Assembly: GCA_018401675.1 (NCBI GenBank)
Contig: JAGYKM010000001.1
Span: 105,695 to 169,694, forward strand
Direction: 5' to 3'
Length of the DNA: 64,000 nucleotides
Source of the DNA: Alphaproteobacteria bacterium
GTDB taxonomy: Bacteria > Pseudomonadota > Alphaproteobacteria > 16-39-46
Positions within the stretch are counted from its first letter, which is position 1. Every line of letters starts with the position of its first letter. Position numbers and translations under genes: made by a program. Of the stretch, positions 34,633 through 43,838 are shown in pieces. A model generated the notes under the pieces. It worked only from the letters and a program-made list of their open reading frames with translations. It did not search any database and was not told the DNA's origin.

Positions 34633-35069
34633 CAAACTCAAAGAAGAGTAATCTCTTGGTGAGTGCGGGGATCCTTTTTATGAAAAATGGAGTAGCTCTT
34701 GATTCAAAAAAAGCACTAAGCGAAACACCTTTTTTGATGACGTCGAGGCCTTTGGGGAAGTTTATGGAAGGGTACTGGGAGTTTCCTGGAGGTAAGATAG
34801 AGTCAGATGAAAGTCCAAAAAAGGCCTTATGCAGAGAACTTTTTGAAGAAATTAATATTCAGGTTTTTCAAAAAGATTTGATGTTTATCTTAAAACGGAT
34901 TCACGAATATGAGACCTTTTCAGTCACCTTGTATGTATTCAAAGTCCTCAAGTGGGCAGGAAATCTGAAGCCGAAAGAGGGTCAACAAGTGGCATTTATG
35001 ACAAAAGAAGAGAGCTTGACAAAGCCTGTTCTCCCCTCAAACAAAGATCTCTTAAGAGATCTTTGTTGA
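34629..35069 (+). CDS. NUDIX hydrolase (MutT-like)
   Basis: Nudix box 'GYWEFPGGKIESDESPKKALCRELFEEINI'. Confidence 0.8.
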   Translation: MTNSKKSNLLVSAGILFMKNGVALDSKKALSETPFLMTSRPLGKFMEGYWEFPGGKIESDESPKKALCRELFEEINIQVFQKDLMFILKRIHEYETFSVTLYVFKVLKWAGNLKPKEGQQVAFMTKEESLTKPVLPSNKDLLRDLC

Positions 35070-35090
35070 GGAGAAGAAGGCTTAGAAAAG

Positions 35091-36332
35091 TTACTTATCA
35101 CCACCCACTGGGGTTTTTCCAGAAAACTTTTGTTCCAGCTTTTGGAGGAGCCTTTCCGTTTCAGCATTGCTCGACGGAGTGCGCTTCGGTGCCGATAAAG
35201 TTGCTGATAACGGAACACGGGCATGGTTTTTTTGAAGCCCTATTCCTGGACGCCTCTTGCCCTTAGTGCCTGTATTGGTAGGAGAGAGAGGCAGACTCCT
35301 TGATAGCTGATCTGAAGAATAATCGGAGATCCCTTGAGCGTCAGGAGCGAGTTCCGCTTTTGCCGGTTCTTCATCCCTAGCTATTGTACTTTCCTGTTGT
35401 GTTATTCCAGATGCTTCTTCTGACAGGGGCACCACAGGCAAGGCTCTTTGAGGAAATCTTCTGGCAGTCGGTATATTGGCGTAAGCTACTTTAAATGTCT
35501 CAAAAGACTGCAAATCCTGATCTGAATAGGGAAATCCTGTTTCTTGAGATCCTAGATAGATAGGCCCCTTTACGTCTTCATCAAAATGCTCTCCCAGAGC
35601 GGCATAAAGTTTGCTAAGAGCGGGCTTAGCTTGATCCCAGATGGCAAAAAGTTCAGGATCAGATGTGGGAAAAAGAACCTTGGGGTTTTTTAAAGTGGTA
35701 AATCGGTATCCTAACCCAGCGCTTTCAAAGAGATCAGGTTTTTCTACCAGTAATCGACTTAACCGGACAGGGCCATAAGCCTCAGCTAAGCTGCTAAAGT
35801 AATCACTCTTGAGTCCTTGCTCTGGGGCCTCTAGTGAAGCATCCAATTCTTCGGTCAAAGCACTAGAGGCGAGAGCGGAATAGTGAGCCTGGCGTGAGGC
35901 AGAAAATTTTTGCTCCAAGCGGCGCCCGTTACTGTCTCCATATAGCCATGAAGCGTTATAAGGGATCACACCTGATGATTTTTGGAGGCGTGATTCAAAG
36001 GTGTCTCTAATCTCTGAAAGCGTGGTTCGCGCTTCTTGAGAGAGGGGTTGAGTTTCTGTATGCTTATCTATGAGGCCAGAAAAGAGAGAGATTTGATTAA
36101 GAAATAGTAAATCTTCACCGATATCGCTAATGCTTTGTATGTGCTTTGTATGTGCGGCATCATTGGCTTCAACTACTTGAGGGGCTGGTAGAGCCTTTGC
36201 AACTCTTTCTGCACCAGGGTCTTCTGGATTTACTTGCGGTTTGACTGCCATAAGAGGGTTTCCAGTCAAAGACAAAACAAGTGCAGCGAAAGAAAGAGAG
36301 GGTGTATATATTCGAGATGATTTGTTATTCAT
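35091..36332 (-). CDS. Secreted hypothetical protein (413 aa; signal peptide, Pro/Ser-rich C-terminus); candidate surface or effector protein
   Basis: N-terminus 'MNNKSSRIYTPSLSFAALVLSLTGNPLMA'. No recognisable domain. It contains an 11-bp tandem duplication at 36131-36152. Confidence 0.4.
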   Translation of the reverse strand: MNNKSSRIYTPSLSFAALVLSLTGNPLMAVKPQVNPEDPGAERVAKALPAPQVVEANDAAHTKHIQSISDIGEDLLFLNQISLFSGLIDKHTETQPLSQEARTTLSEIRDTFESRLQKSSGVIPYNASWLYGDSNGRRLEQKFSASRQAHYSALASSALTEELDASLEAPEQGLKSDYFSSLAEAYGPVRLSRLLVEKPDLFESAGLGYRFTTLKNPKVLFPTSDPELFAIWDQAKPALSKLYAALGEHFDEDVKGPIYLGSQETGFPYSDQDLQSFETFKVAYANIPTARRFPQRALPVVPLSEEASGITQQESTIARDEEPAKAELAPDAQGISDYSSDQLSRSLPLSPTNTGTKGKRRPGIGLQKNHARVPLSATLSAPKRTPSSNAETERLLQKLEQKFSGKTPVGGDK

Positions 36333-36686
36333 TTAAATATCTCCTATTTTTTTTATTGTTAATAATGATTCTTCTTTTTTACTTTATTAAATTCTACTTT
36401 AGCTATTTAGTTTGTCAAACTATATTTACACAAAGCAATATATCAGTTGGAAAAAATGACAAATAAAAAATCTTTACTTGGGGAGGGTTTTTTTAGTGGA
36501 GAGTGATGGTTTGCGAATTCATGCCAGAGTGTGATTTCTGAACCTCATTCCCCAAAGCTTTGAAATATAGTGAGCTTGAATCTGTGCGAAGGAGTTGCTA
36601 GTTGTGGTTTATGTTGCAATAGTATATTCAGGATTTTAGTAGAAGTGAACTAGATCGCTTCTTATTATGAAGGAAGTAGTATTTAT

Positions 36687-36905
36687 ATGTCTAAAGAAGA
36701 GTTGATGGAGTTTTCAGGGGTGGTTACGGAACTGCTTCCTAATGCAATGTTTCGGGTGCAGTTGGATAATGAACATGTGATTCTAGCGCATACCTCTGGT
36801 AAAATGCGAAAGAATAGAATTAGGGTTCTTCTTGGAGATCGCGTCACAGTAGAAATGACTCCCTACGATTTATCCAAGGGCCGTATTTCGTTCCGAGAGA
36901 AATAG
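36687..36905 (+). CDS. infA: Translation initiation factor IF-1
   Basis: 72 aa with S1-like '[57 protein letters not shown]'. Confidence 0.95.
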   Translation: MSKEELMEFSGVVTELLPNAMFRVQLDNEHVILAHTSGKMRKNRIRVLLGDRVTVEMTPYDLSKGRISFREK

Positions 36906-37051
36906 GTGCTAGGGGTGCGTGTAGCCACTACCAGAGTATAAGAAGGCGAGATGAGCAAGTATCGCCGAGGATCGTGCCGTATTCTGCTTAGCGCTGAGGA
37001 AAAACAGATTTTTAGTGTATTCTAGATTTAAGCGATAGAAATAGGAAAAAG

Positions 37052-37645
37052 ATGTTAATACTTGCTTCCCAATCACCGCGTCGCTCTGCTCTTTTAGGCG
37101 TATTGGGCCTGGATTCCTTTAAGGTTATTCCTTCCCAGTTAGATGAGTCGGCCCAGCCAAAAGAGTTGCCCCAAAAGTTGGTGCGCCGGCTTGCTCAAGA
37201 GAAGGCGGAGAAAGTTTTTCAAGAAACAAGTCAGTTTGGAGAGAAGCGAGTTGTTTTGGCGGCCGATACGTTGGTGAGCATGGGAAGACGCGTGGTGGAG
37301 GCGCCCCATAACGAGGAAGAAGCACGGGCTTGTTTGCGACGTTTATCGGGGAGAAGTCATTGTGTTCATACCTCAGTGGCTGTGATCTCTATTGGGACTG
37401 GGCTCAGACAGAAAAGTGTTCTAACCCGGGTTTCTTTTAAAGTTCTTTCTGAAGAGGAAATACAAAGCTACACAAGAAGTGGTGAAGGTTTAGGTAAAGC
37501 AGGAGGATATTCTATCCAAGGGTTTGCGGGATCTTATGTGAGACGGCTGAATGGTTCTTGGTCTGGGGTGGTGGGATTGCCTTTGCTTGAGACGCGAACT
37601 TTACTCATGAGCGCAGGTGTTCAAGTCTGGCCCACTATACTATAA
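37052..37645 (+). CDS. maf: Maf-like nucleoside triphosphate pyrophosphatase
   Basis: 'LILASQSPRRSALL...AADTLV...KAGGYSIQG' is the Maf signature. infA-maf adjacency is typical of Alphaproteobacteria. Confidence 0.85.
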   Translation: MLILASQSPRRSALLGVLGLDSFKVIPSQLDESAQPKELPQKLVRRLAQEKAEKVFQETSQFGEKRVVLAADTLVSMGRRVVEAPHNEEEARACLRRLSGRSHCVHTSVAVISIGTGLRQKSVLTRVSFKVLSEEEIQSYTRSGEGLGKAGGYSIQGFAGSYVRRLNGSWSGVVGLPLLETRTLLMSAGVQVWPTIL

Positions 37646-37706
37646 GTGAGCAAAAAGAAGAGTAACCAAATAATTTAATAAGAAAAGTGGGAGAAAAGGT
37701 AAAAAT

Positions 37707-38708
37707 ATGAAGCGATATTCTTACTCAGACAAGGCTATAGACCAAGCAGTTGGTACTCTAAGAGACGGCGGGCTCGTGTGCTTTCCCACTGAGACCGTGT
37801 ATGGCCTTGGTGCAGACGCAACAAATGATGAAGCTTGCAAGAATATCTACCGCGTAAAAGGACGCCCTTCTGTTAACCCTCTTATTGTTCATTGTGATTC
37901 CTTAACCCAAGCTGAGTCTATAGGTTTTTTTTCCCCTATGGCAAAGATGCTGGCTACTCTATTTTGGCCTGGTCCATTGACACTTATACTCCCCCTTAAA
38001 AAACCTCTTGCCTGTGCTTCTGTGGTAGTAGCGGGATTGGAGACTGTAGGTATCCGCCTGCCTGCTCATCCGGTGGCCCGAAGGCTTCTTGAAGCTTACG
38101 GTAAACCCATTGCTGCCCCTAGTGCCAATCTTTCGGGTTATCTCTCTCCCACAGCCGCAGATCACGTCGAGAAGTACTTTAAGGATACCCCTGGTATTTT
38201 AATAGAAGGTGGACATTCTTCGGTAGGGCTGGAGTCCACTATTGTGGATGTGACCCAAGATCCTCCCCATATCTTACGTTATGGGGGATTAGATGTGGAT
38301 CGTTTGCTTATGGTTTATCCTTTTATGGAGTTTCAAGGCACTAAGGAGGGGGGTTCAATTACATCTCCGGGTCAACTTCTTGCCCATTATGCGCCTCGGG
38401 TGCCCTTACGATTGAATGCCACTTCGGTTACTAACCAAGAAGCATTGCTGGCCTTCGGCAAACCTTTGAAAGGAGCGAAGGTAACCTTTAATTTGTCTTT
38501 AGAGCAGTCCTTGTTGGAAGCGAGTCATTGTTTATTCCAAGGACTTCATTGGTTAGAGGAACAGCCGGGAATTCAAGGTATTGCGGTGCAATCTATTCCT
38601 GAGATAGGATTGGGTGTTGCCATCAATGATCGATTAAGACGAGGCGCTCAGGGTCCGAAGATTAAAAATGGTGATCTTCCTACTGCCGCGAAGATCTGCG
38701 AGATATAA
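37707..38708 (+). CDS. tsaC: L-threonylcarbamoyladenylate synthase (YrdC domain + Sua5 C-terminal domain)
   Basis: 'GGLVCFPTETVYGLGADATN', 'VKGRPSVNPLIVH', 'AAPSANLSG' are YrdC motifs. The C-terminal ~120 aa is a Sua5-type extension. Confidence 0.8.
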   Translation: MKRYSYSDKAIDQAVGTLRDGGLVCFPTETVYGLGADATNDEACKNIYRVKGRPSVNPLIVHCDSLTQAESIGFFSPMAKMLATLFWPGPLTLILPLKKPLACASVVVAGLETVGIRLPAHPVARRLLEAYGKPIAAPSANLSGYLSPTAADHVEKYFKDTPGILIEGGHSSVGLESTIVDVTQDPPHILRYGGLDVDRLLMVYPFMEFQGTKEGGSITSPGQLLAHYAPRVPLRLNATSVTNQEALLAFGKPLKGAKVTFNLSLEQSLLEASHCLFQGLHWLEEQPGIQGIAVQSIPEIGLGVAINDRLRRGAQGPKIKNGDLPTAAKICEI

Positions 38709-38922
38709 TCCCAGATCTTGAGAAAGAAAGGATATTTTGTCCAAATAAGAACTTGAATTTTACAAGCTGTAATGGTTGACTGATAGGGGACTGCACAGGA
38801 AGAAATAGAAAAGAGTCTTATGCTTACAAAAGTGATATTCTTGCTAAACGTGAGGGCTTCTTTTTTATGTAGTTTAGTCCAAAAGCAATGAACGAGAGAG
38901 CAAAAAATAAAAGGATTATAGT

Positions 38923-39354
38923 ATGACATCACTTTCTTCAGGTTCCTCAATTTCTCCAGACTACAAGCCTACTCCCGACGAACCTTATATGAATCCAATG
39001 CAATTAGCTTACTTTAGACAAAAACTTCTTTCGTGGAGGAATAGTCTTTTGCAAGGCGCAGAGGATACCATTCACCATCTTCAAGAAGAAGATCACAATG
39101 AGCCTGATCCTACCGATAGAGCTGCTTCTGAGACGACCAGGGCTTTTGAATTAAGAACACGGGATAGAGCACGTAAGTTGATTATGAAGATAGATGCGGC
39201 GTTGGAGCGGATTGAAGAGGGCGTATATGGGTATTGCCAAGAGACGGGTGAGCCTATTGGACTCCCAAGATTGAGGGCGCGTCCTATTGCCACGTTATGT
39301 TTGGAAGCTCAAGAAAAGCATGAAAAGCTAGAGCGAATGTATCGAGATGACTGA
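38923..39354 (+). CDS. dksA: RNA polymerase-binding transcription factor DksA (variant with incomplete Cys4 zinc finger)
   Basis: Coiled-coil plus a C-terminal 'GVYGYCQETGEPIG...ATLCLEAQ'. Only 2 of the 4 canonical Cys are present. Confidence 0.7.
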   Translation: MTSLSSGSSISPDYKPTPDEPYMNPMQLAYFRQKLLSWRNSLLQGAEDTIHHLQEEDHNEPDPTDRAASETTRAFELRTRDRARKLIMKIDAALERIEEGVYGYCQETGEPIGLPRLRARPIATLCLEAQEKHEKLERMYRDD

Positions 39355-39490
39355 TCAGTAAGGTGAAGAAGAGTAAAGGCGGTGTTTCCTGCAGGTTCCT
39401 AATGGAATTTAGGTGACGGAAGGTATGTTTTGAAGTGGATTTTCCTCAAAAATGGTCCTTTGTAGATAGATAGAATGAAATAAAAGGACC

Positions 39491-41395
39491 ATGGTTTTGA
39501 GGTATGGTGATGGATTATCGCGTAGAGGAGTAGGGTATAGGCTGTTTGGCCTGGCCGTAGGAATAGGTTTTTGTTTTCCTAAGATCAGTCTGGCCACTCC
39601 CCAAGCTTCTTACTATGAAACCAGACCCATTATGATTCCTGTTTCCACTTCTTTTATAGAGTCTGAAAGTGCCTCTCTTCCTGTTCCCGGAACGAATAAT
39701 AATCCCCTGTATCCCTTAAGTCTATTTGAAGCTCTTCAAGTGAGCCCGGAGTTGTCCGCCGTTAAAACGGCAGGTACTGAAAAAGTACTTTTTCCTGGCG
39801 CACCCTCGGGGGGCAGTTTGGTGGTCTGGGAAGGGGTGGTTCTCAATGATCCATCCACGGTTCGAGGTTCTTTTGATTTTTCCCTACTAAAAGGAGCTTC
39901 TTTTCAGACAGTGAATCTTGAGAGAGGAACAAATCCACTGGTGACCACGGCGGCTATGGGGGGTATTATGACTTTGGAAACTCCCGAGAGACTGTTCCTT
40001 GCCCAGAAAATGGATAGTTCTTCTTTTGTAGGTCAAGGCGACTTGGATTCTATGGGAGGAAGATTTGTTCAGTTAACTCAATTTGTGCCTTTTTCTCAAG
40101 GTGCTTTATATCTTGGAGGTTCCTTTTCCGACACACCTAGATCCCCTGTGGGGACAGCCCCTTTACGAAAACAGTCTCGGAGGAAGGATGAATCTTTATC
40201 CCTTACAGGAAATTATGGATCTGTGGATAAGACCCAATTGGTTTTTCTATGCCGAACCGCTGATGAAAAATTTGATGATGTCTATGATTCCCAAGGTACT
40301 TTCCAAGGTGCTTCTCACTACCTTATTGGTCGTTTAAAGAATCTTTCCCAGGATGGACGGACACGCTCAAGCATGTCGATTGGGCAAATTATGTATGATC
40401 GAAGGGCTTATCATCAAAGTCAAACTCTTTCGAAATATAAAGGTATGAGTCAAACTCTGAAGGTAGATAGCACTCATATTGTGCAAAAAGGGATTCAACT
40501 TCAAGGGGGAATTGAAACTGAAAGGGAATCAGCTAAAGATTATGGCTTCTCAGAAGTGAGGGATACTATAAGCCTTTTTATGGGGCCCAAAGTGAGGTTT
40601 CACGAATATTGGACAAGTGAAGGGTCAATCAGAGTGAATCAAGGTCCCCATGATACCCTAATGGGTATTATGACGGGTGTTGGTTACCAGAGAAAGGGTG
40701 ATGGGTTCTTTATTAAAGCAGATGTGGCCCAAAAAAGACCTAGCCTTTATTATCTGCATGCACAAGACTATTCTTTACCTCAATTTGGGACCTTGCCTCA
40801 GATTTCTTATCCTGTAGGTAACGCGTCTTTAAAAAAGGAGTCCTCTTGGGGGGTACTGACTCGGGTGAGCAAAGGCTACTGGGAAGGCCAAATGGTAGGG
40901 GGGTTCGAGATTTTTTACAGAAAATTTGAGAACTATATTTATCCTACAGCAACCATTCCGCGGACCTATACGCAAGGTGGTGGGGCAAGCACCTGGGGAT
41001 TTGGGCCTAAAGTACAGATTGGAACTCACTCAATTCGGTTTTTGAGTCAAATTCAGTGGTTTCAGGTGTCTCATAGCTCTCAAGTACCGGACTTAGTTTT
41101 GAGTCCAGCTCATGCTCAGGCTCTCAATCAGCTCTCTTATGACTCTCCAGACACGACCTCTCCAAAGTTCGGAGGAATCGTGTCTATTACCACTCACTAT
41201 AAACCCTATTCGACTGTGGGCCAAACGAAGAGCTATTCATTAGTGACCATGGGGATGCACTATGGCATTCAAGAGAATATCCTTGGATTTGTGCGTGTGA
41301 ACAATCTTCTGAATAAACGGATTCAAGACCCCTATGATTCTCTCTTGGAATTGGATCCTTTTAGTTTTAGGGTAGGTATCAAGATAGAACTCTAA
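39491..41395 (+). CDS. Large hypothetical outer-membrane/beta-barrel-like protein (634 aa), uncharacterised
   Basis: N-terminal hydrophobic signal 'LFGLAVGIGFCFPKISLA' and alternating amphipathic beta-strand-like segments toward the C-terminus. There is no TonB box and the protein does not end in a terminal Phe/Trp. Confidence 0.3.
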   Translation: MVLRYGDGLSRRGVGYRLFGLAVGIGFCFPKISLATPQASYYETRPIMIPVSTSFIESESASLPVPGTNNNPLYPLSLFEALQVSPELSAVKTAGTEKVLFPGAPSGGSLVVWEGVVLNDPSTVRGSFDFSLLKGASFQTVNLERGTNPLVTTAAMGGIMTLETPERLFLAQKMDSSSFVGQGDLDSMGGRFVQLTQFVPFSQGALYLGGSFSDTPRSPVGTAPLRKQSRRKDESLSLTGNYGSVDKTQLVFLCRTADEKFDDVYDSQGTFQGASHYLIGRLKNLSQDGRTRSSMSIGQIMYDRRAYHQSQTLSKYKGMSQTLKVDSTHIVQKGIQLQGGIETERESAKDYGFSEVRDTISLFMGPKVRFHEYWTSEGSIRVNQGPHDTLMGIMTGVGYQRKGDGFFIKADVAQKRPSLYYLHAQDYSLPQFGTLPQISYPVGNASLKKESSWGVLTRVSKGYWEGQMVGGFEIFYRKFENYIYPTATIPRTYTQGGGASTWGFGPKVQIGTHSIRFLSQIQWFQVSHSSQVPDLVLSPAHAQALNQLSYDSPDTTSPKFGGIVSITTHYKPYSTVGQTKSYSLVTMGMHYGIQENILGFVRVNNLLNKRIQDPYDSLLELDPFSFRVGIKIEL

Positions 41396-41439
41396 CCATA
41401 ATAAAGTCCTTTACACAAAAACAAGAGAAAGCGAGTGAT

Positions 41440-42345
41440 ATGAAACGACAGAAAATTTCTCTTAGGGGTGTGCCCTGTGGAGTTGGAGCCGGGCAATGGG
41501 GATCTTCCTTTGGGCCAGAGGCCCTTTTCAAAAAAGGAATAAAGGCACGTTTTGAAAGCATGGGCTTTGATGTGAATTGGCGTCTCTTGCCGGACCCACT
41601 GCCACACAAAGAGCCCTTTATTTCAGGATTTCAGCACAAAGAAGCCGTTCTGGCATGGTGTGAGCAGCTGCAAAAAGAAATCCAGAATTGTTTGGCAGAC
41701 CACAGTCTTCCGGTGATTATAGGAGGAGATCACTCAATTTCTATGGGTTCTTTGTCCGGGGTTGCTCAGTACTGTGAAGCCAATGACCATTCGCTAACAG
41801 TGGTATGGCTGGATGCCCATGGAGATTTTAATACCAGTGAAACTTCCCAATCAGGTCATATTCATGGAATGCCCCTAGCCAGTTTATGTGGTCATGGTGA
41901 TGGTGATTTTTTGTCCATGATAGGTAAGACTGGGAAAATCAATCCCAAGGACGTCCATCTGTTAGGTGTACGGGATTTAGATGCTCAAGAAGAGCACCTC
42001 CTTGCGTCTTCGGGAGTTCATACCTATCCTATGGAAGTACTACGGTTGCTTGGTTTTGGGACAGTTTTGCAAGATATTCTAGAAAAAGCACGTTTAAAAC
42101 CATCGCCCCATGTTCATCTTAGTTTTGATCTAGATTTTATGGATGCATCCTTAGCTCAAGGGACAGGAACTCCAGTGCCTAATGGACCCACCTATGGGGA
42201 AGTAAAAGAATTGTTTCAAGTGATAAACAAGTCTGACTTATTGAAGTCAATGGATATTGTGGAATATAATCCCCTTTTAGACGGACAAACACAGACAGCA
42301 GAGGTTCTTTTTGAGCTTCTTACAGTTCTTTTTTCCGTTTCTTAA
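41440..42345 (+). CDS. Arginase/agmatinase/formiminoglutamase-family metalloenzyme
   Basis: Manganese-binding motifs 'GGDHSISMGSLSG', 'DAHGDFN', 'SFDLDFMD'. Confidence 0.75.
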   Translation: MKRQKISLRGVPCGVGAGQWGSSFGPEALFKKGIKARFESMGFDVNWRLLPDPLPHKEPFISGFQHKEAVLAWCEQLQKEIQNCLADHSLPVIIGGDHSISMGSLSGVAQYCEANDHSLTVVWLDAHGDFNTSETSQSGHIHGMPLASLCGHGDGDFLSMIGKTGKINPKDVHLLGVRDLDAQEEHLLASSGVHTYPMEVLRLLGFGTVLQDILEKARLKPSPHVHLSFDLDFMDASLAQGTGTPVPNGPTYGEVKELFQVINKSDLLKSMDIVEYNPLLDGQTQTAEVLFELLTVLFSVS

Positions 42346-42399
42346 AAGAATTGTCAAAAAATAAGAGAGTTTCCATAAGACGTGGTTAGATTTGAGAAA

Positions 42400-42436
42400 T
42401 AAAAAACCCCGAAGGACTTGGTCCTTCGGGGTTTTT
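42400..42436. terminator. Bidirectional rho-independent terminator between the convergent arginase-family and omp25 genes
   Basis: aaaaaa-ccccgaaggac-ttg-gtccttcgggg-ttttt: a perfect 11-bp stem with an A-tract on one side and a T-tract on the other. Confidence 0.85.
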
Positions 42437-42452
42437 GATGGCTTTTTCTAGA

Positions 42453-43163
42453 CTAGAAAGAGTAAGCTACACCAACGCGGAAGATGTTATCGATAGGCTT
42501 AATCTTGGAAGCATAGGGACCAGCTGCTGCGGTCAAAGACACGCCAGAAGTGGCTGATGCAGTTGGGTATACAGTACGGATGTACTCAGCACGCAACTTC
42601 ATTTTGCTTGAGATACATGTTTCCATACCGGCGCCCATGGTGAAGCCCCAAAGAGTATGAGTTTTCTTGTAGTTCACTGCAACACCAGAGTTTGAGCTTA
42701 CGGACTGCTTGAATGAAGTTCCTGCAACACCGAGCTTAATGAAAGCGAGAGTCTTAGGAGCAATCAAGTAACCGAGGCGAGCTGTAGGAGAAACTGAAAG
42801 TCCACGAGTCAACTTAACCGAGTCTCTGCTGCTTCCGGCGATGCCCACTGGTTGAATAGAATCTTCTACTTGGCCACCTTGGAGATCCAAGCCTAGTTCA
42901 GCTCCAACATAGAACTGATTAAAGCATTTGCCCCAACCACCGTAGACCGCACCACCCCAAAGGGTTCCGCCAGAGTTTGAGCTTGAACTGCCGTTTGCGG
43001 CTCCTGCGACGTTACCATTGCGGTCATCATTGACGGTTATTTGAGAGCTAAGAGCATTGAGATCAAGTCCCACACCGGCATAGGCACCACTAAAAGTATC
43101 CGCATTCGCTGCAAAAGGTGCAGCTGCTGCGATGGCAAAAGTTGCTGCAATAAGTTTTTTCAT
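42453..43163 (-). CDS. Omp25/Omp31/RopB-family outer-membrane porin (OmpA-like beta-barrel, PF13505-type)
   Basis: Signal 'MKKLIAATFAIAAAAPFAANA'. The C-terminus 'DNIFRVGVAYSF' parallels Brucella Omp25 '...QDIRVGIGYKF'. The sequence is Gly/Ala/Ser-rich with beta-strand periodicity. Confidence 0.75.
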   Translation of the reverse strand: MKKLIAATFAIAAAAPFAANADTFSGAYAGVGLDLNALSSQITVNDDRNGNVAGAANGSSSSNSGGTLWGGAVYGGWGKCFNQFYVGAELGLDLQGGQVEDSIQPVGIAGSSRDSVKLTRGLSVSPTARLGYLIAPKTLAFIKLGVAGTSFKQSVSSNSGVAVNYKKTHTLWGFTMGAGMETCISSKMKLRAEYIRTVYPTASATSGVSLTAAAGPYASKIKPIDNIFRVGVAYSF

Positions 43164-43414
43164 GTGTAATTCCTTACGTTAAAGAGTTAGGAGATTTAAT
43201 GTCAAAGAACCAAGGTCCTGTCAAAGAATCTAGGTCCTCAAACACGCGTCTCATAGAGCTATGATTAAGAAATATCGCCCTTGCTGTCAACAACGCGGGG
43301 GAACCAGAAGGGTCATTTTCCTGAATATGTGGCCATTAAGTCACGGGTGGAGGGGCTTCCCTGCCCTTGTGCTTGAAGAGCCGATCTCTAGAGTTTCCTA
43401 GAGAATAAAGATAT

Positions 43415-43490
<76 letters not shown>

Positions 43491-43838
43491 TACAATTTTT
43501 CGTGTAGCAACCCTGGGGACAGATGCCCACTTTTGGGTTTCTTTCTTATTTTTAAAGAAGGTTGTTCTTTGTACCTGGCTTTCTATGGTTTGTCACCATC
43601 CAAATAGGGGTAAAAACAAGGTGCTTACCCTTTTGTGTACCTTCTTTACCTAAGAGGTCAATAATTTTACATCATCCTTCTCTAAGAGATTTTCTATCTC
43701 CACGAAACTTCAAAAACAGCGTTTCTAGTCTTAGTTTAAAGGGGGTTCTTTGCAAAAAAATGCCACCCTTGGGGGCAATTAACCAGTGGCAACTGTCCCT
43801 CAAGCAGTATCTTTAGTCTCGGAGTGGTGAGGGCACAA

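Noticed and set aside
43491-43838. Possible structured ncRNA (tmRNA / SRP RNA / RNase P RNA) between tRNA-His and the dsbA-like gene
   Set aside because: None of the signature sequences (e.g. ggaaggaagcagc for SRP RNA, tmRNA tag reading frame, RNase P P4) were found. It is treated as plain intergenic or promoter sequence.
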